Source: Micrococcales bacterium (lineage in GTDB: Bacteria > Actinomycetota > Actinomycetes > S36-B12 > UBA10799). From it: a stretch of 64,000 bases of DNA. This document shows positions 11,595 through 20,351 of the stretch, piece after piece. The notes beneath the pieces are model-generated. The model saw only the letters and a list, made by a program, of their open reading frames with translations, was not told where the DNA came from and did no database searches. The stretch covers positions 129,267 through 193,266 of the forward strand of contig JADJCR010000003.1 of the NCBI GenBank assembly GCA_016703125.1, in the 5' to 3' direction. The position numbers and the translations under genes are program-made. Within the stretch, counting starts at the first letter, position 1; the number at the start of each line of letters is the position of its first letter.

Positions 11595-12437
11595 TCACCC
11601 GAACTCCGAGACCGCCAGGCGTTCACAGGGCGACCAGTCCTGGTCGGGGTTGGTGTCCTCCAGGCGCAGCAAGGCGCCGTAGATGTCGTCGGGCTTGACC
11701 GAAACGCCCAGGTGCGTGAATGGCGTGGCGAACATGCTCAGGGCCCCGACCACGCCCATCGTGAAGACCAGGCATGAGCCGATGAGGACGATGGCCAGGC
11801 GGGGACGGTCCGGCAGGCTGACCATCATCAGCGTCGCGAAGACGAGCACTCCGAGATCGATGACGAGCCACACGATCAGGGGTAGTTGGAAGGCCGAACT
11901 GAGGATACGTTTCTGGCGGGCGTTCTGCGCGTCCTGGAAGGCCGACATCGTCTGGGCCTGGGCCTCCTGCTGCGTGCTGGTGCGTACGGGGAGGTCCCCG
12001 ATGCTGGCGCGCGTCCGCGCGGCCCAGGCAGCGGTGTTCTCGTCGCCGGTGAGGTCACCGTTTTCCGCGGAGGTCCAGGAATCTGTGGCCACAGACCGCA
12101 TGAGGCAGACGGTGTCACGGCGGACCTGATCGGCCGGTGATGAGGGGAAGTAGTCGGCGTTCTCGAACACGTCGGCGAGGGCGACGGCCTCCTCGCGCGC
12201 GCTCTGCCGTACCTCCTCGTAGACCTGCACGGAGAAGAAGAGCATCAGGCCAAGCATGATCCCGAGCACGCCGCTGACGTAGGCGAGCGCGTCGGTAAGC
12301 ACCCCGCCAGCGGCGTGTTCGGAATCGTCCTCACGACTGGCGACGTAGCGACGCAGGAGGATGCCCGTGCCGATGCCCAGTGCGGTGCCGAGCAGCAGTC
12401 CGAGCCAATTGAGCGCAACCAGCGTCACGCCGGACAT
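11595..12437 (-). CDS. membrane protein of unknown function (DUF4239-like by recollection)
   Basis: 280-aa ORF. It has an N-terminal TM (LVALNWLGLLLGTALGIGTGILL), two further hydrophobic segments and a soluble middle region. Same strand as, and downstream of, the giant surface-protein gene. Confidence 0.5.
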   Translation of the reverse strand: MSGVTLVALNWLGLLLGTALGIGTGILLRRYVASREDDSEHAAGGVLTDALAYVSGVLGIMLGLMLFFSVQVYEEVRQSAREEAVALADVFENADYFPSSPADQVRRDTVCLMRSVATDSWTSAENGDLTGDENTAAWAARTRASIGDLPVRTSTQQEAQAQTMSAFQDAQNARQKRILSSAFQLPLIVWLVIDLGVLVFATLMMVSLPDRPRLAIVLIGSCLVFTMGVVGALSMFATPFTHLGVSVKPDDIYGALLRLEDTNPDQDWSPCERLAVSEFG

Positions 12438-12545
12438 CCTGGCAGAATCCAGCGGCCGTGGTGATGCCAGACGAGGACGATCCGTGTCCGTGGCAGCGCG
12501 AGGACTGCCGTTGCTCCTGGCGATCGAGGACAGCTGGATCCCGCG

Positions 12546-15500
12546 TCACCTCCGGCGCTGGATCGTCACGCCATCGATGATTACCGGTCCTCCGCCCAGC
12601 GACACGAGCCGCAGGTAGCCACGTGCCGAGGCGGGCCAATCCACGGAGAACTCCTTGGCATGCCTGCCAGCGGCCGTGCCCTGTCGGTCGGCGCCGGCCT
12701 GCGAGAGGTCGATGACCTTGAGCAGTTGACCCCTGTGCCGGACTTCCAGTCGTCCGCAGTCGCTGCACGCCACCGCGGTCACGGACACGGCTTCCGTGCG
12801 CCCGATCCGGATCGACAACGCAGAACGGTAGTCCACGGCCCTGAGTGCCTTCTTCTCGGAGAAGAACCGGCCCTTGAGCGGGGCCCACCTCCCCGACGCC
12901 TTCAGGGGAGGCCTGATCGAGCGGGCGGCTCACGCAACTCCAATCAGACCACCCGGACCAGTGGCCGACCCCGTCGACGGCGCGAACGCTGGCACAGACG
13001 GTCTTGCCCCGCCCGATCGTGAGCCGACGTACGCGCTCCGGGGACGAGTCGGCGTCATTGACGATTACTGGTTCTTCGAAGTTCCCCAGGACCCCGCTCT
13101 GGCGTGTACGGATCTGGTAGGAAGCGAGGCCGGAACCGCCGCGGTCGGCACCTGAGTACCGAAGCCTCGGGATCCCCTTCCTGGCAATTGCCGGCAGGTC
13201 GTCGATGGCGACCTTCGGATCCTGGCTGTCGACCATCCACGAAAGCAGTGGCGTCTGCGCCGCACCCCCCGGGCCTTCCGCCTTTGCGCGGAAGGTGTGC
13301 TTCCCGTCGGCGAGTCCGGTCAGCCGCAGCGGCGATGCGCACGGCTGTCCGACACCGTCGATGAAGCAGGTGACGGCAGCGCCATCGATGGACGTGGCGA
13401 ACTCGATCGTGGCGTCCGGCGTGGTGAACGACCCCTCCGCAGGCCCGCGAACGATGGCGATGTCGGGAGCTGCCGCCAGCGAGACCTCGGGAGTCGTGGC
13501 AGGCGGCGACTCGAGGCCGGCCTCGTTGCGTCCGGTCACGGTGAAGATCAGCGGTGTCTCCGCGGTCAGACCGGTGAACGTGGACTGCTGGCTCGACCCC
13601 GCCTCGTCCTGGCATGTCCCACCCAGCAGGCAGACCCGGTAACTGTCCATAGGCACGCCGCCGTTGCTGGCCGGCGGGATCCAGGAGACGACCGCCGAAC
13701 CCGGCGCCGACCCTGCCGCCGCACGCACGTTGCGAGGGGCGCTCGGCGCGTCAGGCAGGGTCAAGGGGTTGCTCTGGTCCGACTCCGGACCCCGACCCGT
13801 GGCACTGATCGGCGTCACGGTGAACGTGTAGGTCACGCCTGTCTGCAGCCCCGGAACCGTGGCCGTGACCGCATCGCCGGGGAACTGGAAGAGGGTTCCA
13901 CCCGGCGACACCGCGATCTCATAGGAAGTGACGCCCGCCCGGGCCGATGACGGCGTCGGCGGCTTCCAGGTGATCTCCGCCTCTCCAGGGCCACCGCGCT
14001 TGGCCTTCACGTCGGTCACCTTCTCAGGCACGCCCAGCGGAGTGACCGGTGCACTTGGGGAGGACTGGTCACCAGGCGCCGCACCGTTGATCGCTTGCAC
14101 GGTGAACCGGTACGGGCGTCCGTTGGTCAGGCCGGACAGCGTCATCGCCGTGGTGGTTCCGGTCACCGTGGTGTCGATCGGAGTCTCCGGGAAGGTTTCG
14201 CCCGGCTGCCGGAACTCGCGGATCCGGTAACTGTCGATCGGCGCCCCACCGGTGGCGGAGGGCGGATCCCACTGCAGACCGATCGACTGGTCTCCGGCGT
14301 ACCCGTGACGTTGGACGGCGCGCTGGGAGCCTCCGTGACCACGTCGATGGGTTCGGACGGGTGAGATGCCGGTGACTCGGTTCCTCCCGAGATCGAGAAC
14401 ACGGCGACTCGGTAGCGGCCCGGCGCGACGTCGGGGAACGACGTTGCGGTCTGACCACCGGGAACCAGCTTCTCGAGAGGGCTGGACCCGTCCTCCGGAT
14501 AGGCCACGACGCGCCAGTCGTGTCCGGTCGGCTGAACCGGCCCGAGCGGATCGGACCACTGGATGTCCAGGGTCCGGCCGGGGCTGAGGTCGACCTCGAC
14601 GTCCTCCGGTGCTCGAGGCGCAACGGACGTAACGGCCACGATGCGGTGCGAGCGGTAGCCCTTGTTGTTGTCCTCGTGGACCTCGTCGGCCACCCCGTCG
14701 GAGTCCACCTTCGCGAAGAAGCGCGGAGCGCCGCCCGCGTACCTCGCGTCGGGCGTCCAGTCCAGGTAGGCGAATTGCGACCCGCGCGCCGGGATGGCGC
14801 CGAGGTTCGAGATCTTGCCGATCGACACGCCACCTACGTCGGGATCGGCGTCGAAGAACTCGACGGCGACACCCGCGGGCTGGTCCTTCAGGCTGTAGTT
14901 CTCGACCTGTGCGCGCAGGCACAAGGGCACTCCGGGCGCTGCGTACTCGGTGGTGGGCACCCGTGGGTCGTTCGGGGCGCACGGCCCACGGAACACCTGG
15001 ACGCCCGGTGAGATGAAGCGTGCGGAATCCGACGAGATACCGGCTTGCTTCTCGTAGTCCAGCAGCCGCGGCAGTTTCAAGGTGACGTCCGGCTTCTTGC
15101 CGTACATCTGCTGCCACCATGTCCTCGGAGAGCCCGGTGGCGCGATGCCCGGACTGACCGCGTAGTCGAGGACCAGCGCCGCACTCTCGTTCCAGTACGC
15201 GAACGGCTTCACCGTGTACGCGGTCTCCCCGAAGCTCTCATCGATGCCGCCGAGGATCGCGGCCAGCTTCGTCGTGTCGCCGACGGACGTCTTGGTGTTG
15301 GTCAGGCTGGAGTTCTTGTAGTCGCCGGAGACCTCGACGCTGACCTTGACCAGGCCGGCGACGTTCCCGCCACCCTTCAAGGTGCCACCGACGTTCCAGT
15401 CCTTCTCGGTGGACGCCTCCTCGGCGGTCACCTTCTCCTTCGTCAACGTATAGGTGAAGTCGCTGAAGTCGGACAGTTCGAACTCCTGCTGTGCGAAGGG

Positions 15501-17473
15501 CCCCACGGGCGGACTCTGGGCGTCCTTGGCAGTGGGCGAGATGAAGGGGTTCTCCTGCTCAGTGAGGTCTTCGGGGTAACTGAGGATGTTCCCCGGCTGG
15601 TGGTTCACGTTGAGATCCACCGCGTCCGGCGAGTTGATGTCGATCCACCGCTTGGTGATGGTGTGCGGGTCGTGGTGAGTACGTACGCCGAAGGCTGCGT
15701 GCCACCCGGCTGGTAGATCGGGTACTCGAGGGTGTCATAGGCCCGCCGGATCGCGTAGATCTTGTCGGTGTTGCGCGCCTTGACGTTGACCTCAATGGTG
15801 TCCTTCGTCGTAGTGGCATCGACGTTCTTGAACTTCTCGCCGTAGCCGCCGCGGATCTCCGCCTCGACGTCGACGACGTCGAACAGCGAGAACTCGGCGC
15901 TGGCCTTGGCGCTGACCGCCCAGTCCTCGGTTGACTCGCTTGTCACCTCGGTGGTCGCCTCGGTCTTCTTCTCGTACTCCGAGGTGAAGAAGCAGACCGG
16001 TGGCACCAGATATTGATTGCCGGCGTAGCAGAAGTTCGGGTCGTACATGCGGCCGTCGAGGACGTCGAAATGGGTAGGCGGAGCGTTGAGGATCACCGAC
16101 GGCTCGAGTGTCGTGTACCGGCCCGGGACCGGGTCCCCGAGTTCAGCCCGGCCGTCGAGGGCCATGGAGGCGAGCTCCGGGGTGTCAGGAGCGCCACAGT
16201 CCGAAATGAACTGTGGGCTGCCGAAGGTCATCTTCCCTTGGCTGTTCAGACTCGCGAAGTTGAAGAAGGCCCGTTCTCCGGAGGAACAGCCCGAGTCCGT
16301 CCTGGCCGCCACAGCGATCTGTGGGAACGCCCGCACAGACGCCTGTCCCGGCACGGGCGCGACCACCTGTTCATTGGTGGGACGGGTGTCCAGAACCGTC
16401 ATCTCGGCGAAGGGGATTGTGAACTGCGAGTCCAAGGTTCTGAACACATTCTCGTAGGTGCCGACATCAACGACATCGATGAAACCGTTGGGCTGGTTCA
16501 AGATGCCCCACTCGGGCATGGACACCAACTCATCGACACCGTCACCGGTCAGGTCGCCGACCGATTCGATCTGCGAGTGGAAGTTGCGCCACTGGCCAGT
16601 GTCCAGCACCGCGCCGTCCATCGTTCCCATCAACTTCTCTTTGAGCGTGAACGAGGCGCCTGACGGTACCAACTCCGTCAGCCTGCCGTTCCCCTGGATC
16701 CCGGAGCCGACGAACAGCCGGGGCTTCTCCGGCCCGTTGCCGCTGGTGTCGCGGACAACCGCAGCCCCCGGACCAGCCTGCTCGTCACCGCTGCCCGGCA
16801 ATCCTGACAACGAAGGAGTGATCGTCTGGGGCGGTACTGCTTCCTGCAGATCGCCCTGGCCATCGACCTTGAGCAATGCAGCCCTGTAATGCCGGTCCGC
16901 CGCGGTGCTGCTCTGGGGTGCCCACAGGACCGCGACCTGATCGGAGCCGGCCCCGGTGAAGTCCGCCACCGCCAACGACGGACTAGTGGCGACACCCCCG
17001 TTGTTGGAGTACACGGGGCCATAACTCAGAACGGGCCCTGCAACCGACAGTCCCGTCACTCGGCCATTCGCATCACGCTGCACCCCGATGCGTGCGACCC
17101 TCAGTTCGTTCGTGCCCGCCTGCACGTAGGACACGACCAGAGACCGGGCGGCATCAGTGCCGAATCTGCCAGGAACGAGCGCCACCTCTGTGAGATCGCT
17201 CGGTTGACCCCCCGGCAGCGCGACGTGGAATGTCTGGGCGAAGCCGTTGAGTTGGTGGTTCGCGTCATAGGCCGGCCGTGACCAGGTCACGCAGATGGCG
17301 GACTGCCCGCTGCATCCGATGCCGGTTCCTGCATGCGCCAGGCCCGGTTCCAGCGAGGGCCGCCACACGTCATCGGGGTACTTGATGAGATCGAGGTCGG
17401 CTTCCACAGCCCTCGATCGGTACTGCGACGTTGAGGACTTGGACAGGCTGGCCGCCACGCTGGTCCCGTTCAC
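12546..17473 (-). pseudogene. giant secreted multidomain surface protein read in four successive frames
   Basis: Track ORFs 15605..17473, 14163..15620, 12331..15120 (middle part only) and 12546..12836 join into one protein. Domains in order: FG-GAP/VCBS-like region, beta-rich module, CARDB-like domain, four FN3 repeats, an Ig-like domain, an FN3-like domain and a C-terminal module. The joins are ...YVLTTT|HTITKRWIDINSPDAVDLNVNHQ..., ...APSAPSNVT|GYAGDQSIGLQWDPP... and ...CVSRPLD|..LKASGRWAPLKGRFFSEKKALRAVDYRS... Frame changes lie at about 15667-15669, 14302-14304 and 12890-12925. FG-GAP-like motifs are ADFTGAGSDQVAVLW and VGDLTGDGVDELV. The CARDB-like stretch is VENYSLKD...ADEVHEDNNKG. FN3 signatures include LQWDPP...YRFTVQAIN. 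Confidence 0.75.
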
Positions 17474-17826
17474 GACCGGGGGTTGATGACCTTGAGCTCG
17501 CCGTCGATCTGCAGACTGGCCCGGCGCACGTCGATCTTGGGGATCCGTCCCAGTTGTTGATCCAGTTGCCCCCTGCTTTCGACGAGGACCAACCCTTCTC
17601 GCCCGATGGACCGACGGTTCTCGAAGCGGTCGACGGGGCCCGGGGTCTGGACTGCCGCCGGAACAGCCTGGGCGACGCCCGGAGCCGCCGCGACTGCGGC
17701 CGTGGGAGTTGCGGCGAGGGCCGGGCCAGCCGCGCTCATGGGGAGCGCGATGACGCCGGCCACACCGAAACTCAGGACCGTTCTGGCCGTGACAACAGAG
17801 GTGCGTTTCGCGATCCCACTGACCAT
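17470..17826 (-). CDS. 118-aa ORF with a Sec signal peptide; probably the true N-terminus of the giant protein
   Basis: MVSGIAKRTSVVTARTVLSFGVAGVIALPMSAAGPALA|ATP. GGGAGG lies 6 nt upstream of the ATG. The stop overlaps the GTG of the giant ORF, immediately after a G5 run (17478-17482, plus strand). Adding one base there would read ...KVINPPVVNGTSVAAS... as a single protein. Confidence 0.6.
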   Translation of the reverse strand: MVSGIAKRTSVVTARTVLSFGVAGVIALPMSAAGPALAATPTAAVAAAPGVAQAVPAAVQTPGPVDRFENRRSIGREGLVLVESRGQLDQQLGRIPKIDVRRASLQIDGELKVINPRS

Positions 17827-17922
17827 TGCGGACCTCCCAGGGTCAAGAGCCCCGAAACTACGGGACGTCGACAGGGAGGTTCAACTCGAGCGGTGGAACG
17901 GTAGGGGGCGTCTGCACTTCGG

Positions 17923-18004
17923 TGCGGGTGGGGAGACTTGAACTCCCACGTCCTAGGACACAGGAACCTAAATCCTGCGCGTCTGCCAGTTCCGCCACAC
18001 CCGC
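17923..18004 (-). tRNA. tRNA-Leu (anticodon TAG)
   Basis: 82-nt reverse complement GCGGGTGTGGCGGAACTGGCAGACGCGCAGGATTTAGGTTCCTGTGTCCTAGGACGTGGGAGTTCAAGTCTCCCCACCCGCA. Acceptor GCGGGTG/CACCCGC, anticodon loop TTTAGGT, long variable arm, GTTCAAGTC T-loop. CCA is not encoded. Confidence 0.9.
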
Positions 18005-18019
18005 GTGGCTACCAGCGTA

Positions 18020-18035
18020 GGCGCGACGTCGCGCC
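18020..18035 (-). terminator. GC-rich perfect palindrome (hairpin) between the bcp stop and tRNA-Leu
   Basis: ggcgcgacgtcgcgcc is a 16-nt perfect palindrome starting 7 nt after the bcp stop. No clear U-tract, so terminator function is inferred only. Confidence 0.4.
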
Positions 18036-18041
18036 CCGGGT

Positions 18042-18509
18042 TCAGAGGCCCAATTCGGCGCGCAGTTTCGCGACGTGTCCCTTGGCCTTGACGTTGTACA
18101 TGGCCCGGTCGATCTTCCCGTCACTGTTGATGACGAACGTCGAACGGATCACGCCGACGTACTTCTTGCCGTAGAGGCTCTTCTCGCCCCACGCTCCGTA
18201 GGCCTCCAGCACCTCGTGGTGCGGGTCACTGACCAGCGGGAAAGTGAGTGTGTCGCGATCGCGGAACTTGGCCAGCTTCTCCGGTGCGTCGGGGCTGATC
18301 CCGACCACTTTCACGCCGGCGGCGTTCAGGGCGTCCAGCGAGTCGCGGAAGTCGCAGGCCTGTGTCGTGCAGCCCGGAGTCATGGCGGCGGGGTAGGCGT
18401 AGAGCACAACCGTGGAGCCGGCGAAGTCGGACAGGCGCACGGTGTTGCCCTGATCGTCGGTGAGGGCGAAATCGGGGGCGGGGTCGCCGGGTTCAAGTCG
18501 GACGTTCAT
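18042..18509 (-). CDS. bcp: thioredoxin-dependent thiol peroxidase (peroxiredoxin Bcp)
   Basis: PAPDFALTDDQG...VVLYAYPAAMTPGCTTQACDFRD (peroxidatic Cys context), ...FPLVSDP... ATG 18509 is preferred over the TTG at 18515 used by the track. Confidence 0.9.
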   Translation of the reverse strand: MNVRLEPGDPAPDFALTDDQGNTVRLSDFAGSTVVLYAYPAAMTPGCTTQACDFRDSLDALNAAGVKVVGISPDAPEKLAKFRDRDTLTFPLVSDPHHEVLEAYGAWGEKSLYGKKYVGVIRSTFVINSDGKIDRAMYNVKAKGHVAKLRAELGL

Positions 18510-18572
18510 GGACAAAGGGTAGGTTCGGCGTCAAGGGTCTGCAAATGGACACTGCAGGGACCGTCAGCCGGG

Positions 18573-18601
18573 TCCTTATTGCGAACTGTTCGCAATAAGG
18601 A
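18573..18601. promoter_or_regulatory. perfect 14-1-14 palindromic operator candidate (Fur-family/Nur-box-like) in the bcp / Ni-Co transporter divergent region
   Basis: tccttattgcgaac-t-gttcgcaataagga is a 29-bp perfect inverted repeat and is AT-rich in a GC-rich genome. The core TTGCGA-N5-TCGCAA (18579-18595) resembles the Streptomyces Nur box tTGCaa-N5-ttGCAA as I recall it. A -10-like TAGACT lies at 18604-18609, and the ATG of the transporter gene is at 18632. Confidence 0.55.
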
Positions 18602-18631
18602 TTTAGACTGGCCGATGTGAACACTGTCGCC

Positions 18632-19318
18632 ATGCACATACCGGATGGGTTCCTGGATGTCCCCGTGAGCCTGCTGTCGTACTTGGTGACCGGGGTGATC
18701 CTCGCGATAGCCGTGGTCAAGGCGCGCACGGAACTCGACGATCGCACTGCGCCGCTGGCTGGGTTGACTGCGGTGTTCATCTTCGCCGCGCAGATGATCA
18801 ACTTCCCGGTCGCGGCCGGCACGAGCGGGCACCTGCTCGGCGGCGCGCTTGCGGCGATCCTGGTGGGCCCGTGGGTGGGCATGCTGGTGATCGCGGTGGT
18901 GCTGGCGGTGCAGGCGCTGCTCTTCGCCGACGGCGGGTTGACCGCGCTCGGCGCGAACATGCTGAACATGGCCATCATTGCCACAGTCGTGGGCTGGATC
19001 GTGTTCCGCCTGGGGCTGCGGTTCGTGCGCTCCCGGACAGGAGCCGCGGTAGTTGCCGGTGTCGCCGGCTTCGTGTCCGTCCCGGCCGCCGCCCTGGGTT
19101 TCGTCGCTGAATACGCCGTGGGTGGCACGGCCCCGGTGTCGATCTCCGCAGTGGCTGCCGCGATGGGTGGGGTGCACGTTCTCATCGGCATCGGCGAAGG
19201 TGTCATCACCGGCATGGTGGTTGCCGCGGTACTCGCATCCCGGCCCGACATCGTCGTCGGCGTGCGAGGGACTGCATTGGCCGGTCCGGTCGTGCGCCCC
19301 GAGGCGGTGACAGTATGA
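18632..19318 (+). CDS. cbiM: ECF-type Ni/Co transporter substrate-capture component (NikM/CbiM)
   Basis: Track ORF starts at GTG 18617, but the family needs the N-terminus MHIPDGF (Met1 amino group and His2 ligate the metal in NikM structures). ATG 18632 gives exactly MHIPDGFLD. Polytopic membrane protein. Confidence 0.85.
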   Translation: MHIPDGFLDVPVSLLSYLVTGVILAIAVVKARTELDDRTAPLAGLTAVFIFAAQMINFPVAAGTSGHLLGGALAAILVGPWVGMLVIAVVLAVQALLFADGGLTALGANMLNMAIIATVVGWIVFRLGLRFVRSRTGAAVVAGVAGFVSVPAAALGFVAEYAVGGTAPVSISAVAAAMGGVHVLIGIGEGVITGMVVAAVLASRPDIVVGVRGTALAGPVVRPEAVTV

Positions 19319-19599
19319 AGCGCCTGTTGATCATCGGTGCGCTGTTGGCGGTCGTTCTGGCAGCCGTGGTGAGTTTCTACGCATCCTCCCAGCCCGACGG
19401 ACTGGAGAAGGTCGCTGGCGACCACGGCATCCTGGCTCAGGAGCGGGAGTCCGCGACCTCCACGTCGCCGCTGGCGGGTTACAGCCTCAGCGGGGTGGGC
19501 GATCAGCGGGTCAGCGGAGCGGCCGCCGGCCTGGTCGGCGTCGCGGTGACCGCGGCGGCCGGATTCGGCCTCTTCTACGCCGTGCGGCGGCGGTCCTGA
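19315..19599 (+). CDS. PDGLE-domain small membrane protein (NikN/CbiN-type accessory component)
   Basis: 94 aa. N-terminal TM, SSQPDGLEKV motif, C-terminal TM. ATG overlaps the cbiM stop (ATGA). Confidence 0.75.
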   Translation: MKRLLIIGALLAVVLAAVVSFYASSQPDGLEKVAGDHGILAQERESATSTSPLAGYSLSGVGDQRVSGAAAGLVGVAVTAAAGFGLFYAVRRRS

Positions 19600-19643
19600 G
19601 CGCGACCGGTCTGCTCGACCGCGGTTATGTCGATGCGGCCTCC

Positions 19644-20351
19644 GTGCCGCATCGCCTGAACCCCGCGGCGAAGGTGGTGGCGATCACGGTATTCGTGTTC
19701 GTCGTCGTCCTCACGCCGCGGGAATGGTTCGCGGTCTTCGCGGGGTACGCCGCATTGCTGCTGTCGGTGCTGGTGGGGGTGGGTGTGCGGCCGGGGCGCA
19801 TCGCGCGCAGTCTCACCCTCGAGATCCCCTTCGTCGCCTTCGCTCTGCTGTTGCCTTTCGTAGGGCCGGATCCGGCCGGATTCGCGGGCCTCTCGGTCCC
19901 GGGCATGTGGGCGGCATGGAACATCCTGGTCAAGGCCTCGCTGGGAGTGCTGGCGGCGACGCTGCTGGCGGCGACCACGTTGCCGGTGGACATGGTCGCC
20001 GGTTTGCAGGCGTTGCGGCTGCCCGCGCCCATCGTGGCGATCTTCACCTTCTTCATCCGGTACGTCGACGTGGTCGCCGACCAATGGCGTCGCATGCGCG
20101 TGGCACAGCAGGCGCGCGGCTTCAACGCCTCCTCGCCGCGGTCGTGGCCGGCCCTGGCCAGGACGCTCGGTGCGCTGTTCGTGCGGTCCTTCGAGCGCGG
20201 GGAGCGGGTCCACCTCGCGCTGGTGAGCCGGGGCTATGACGGGAAATTGCCACCGGCGCCGGCGGGTCTGCCGCGATCATGGGCCATCGCGAGCCTGTTG
20301 CCCGGCACCGCGGCGGCAATCCTGCTGATCGGGGTGATCGCAGCGTGGTGA
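19644..20351 (+). CDS. cbiQ: ECF transporter transmembrane (T) component CbiQ/NikQ
   Basis: PHRLNPAAKVVAITVFVFVVVL...ARGF...RSFERGERVHLALVSRGY is typical of CbiQ/EcfT. The start (GTG 19644) is uncertain. Confidence 0.8.
   Translation: MPHRLNPAAKVVAITVFVFVVVLTPREWFAVFAGYAALLLSVLVGVGVRPGRIARSLTLEIPFVAFALLLPFVGPDPAGFAGLSVPGMWAAWNILVKASLGVLAATLLAATTLPVDMVAGLQALRLPAPIVAIFTFFIRYVDVVADQWRRMRVAQQARGFNASSPRSWPALARTLGALFVRSFERGERVHLALVSRGYDGKLPPAPAGLPRSWAIASLLPGTAAAILLIGVIAAW

Noticed and set aside
12546-17826. Programmed ribosomal frameshifting as the explanation for the multi-frame giant gene (and for the GroES paralogue and glgP).
   Set aside because: There are no slippery heptamers or downstream structures at the junctions. 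The shifts go in both directions. The same kind of lesion hits unrelated housekeeping genes. Indel error is far more parsimonious.
18510-18631. Cobalamin riboswitch or NikR operator upstream of the Ni/Co ECF transporter.
   Set aside because: The region is too short for a B12 riboswitch, and I see no B12-box-like sequence. The single palindrome has odd-centred Fur-family symmetry rather than the GTATGA-N16-TCATAC type NikR site I recall.
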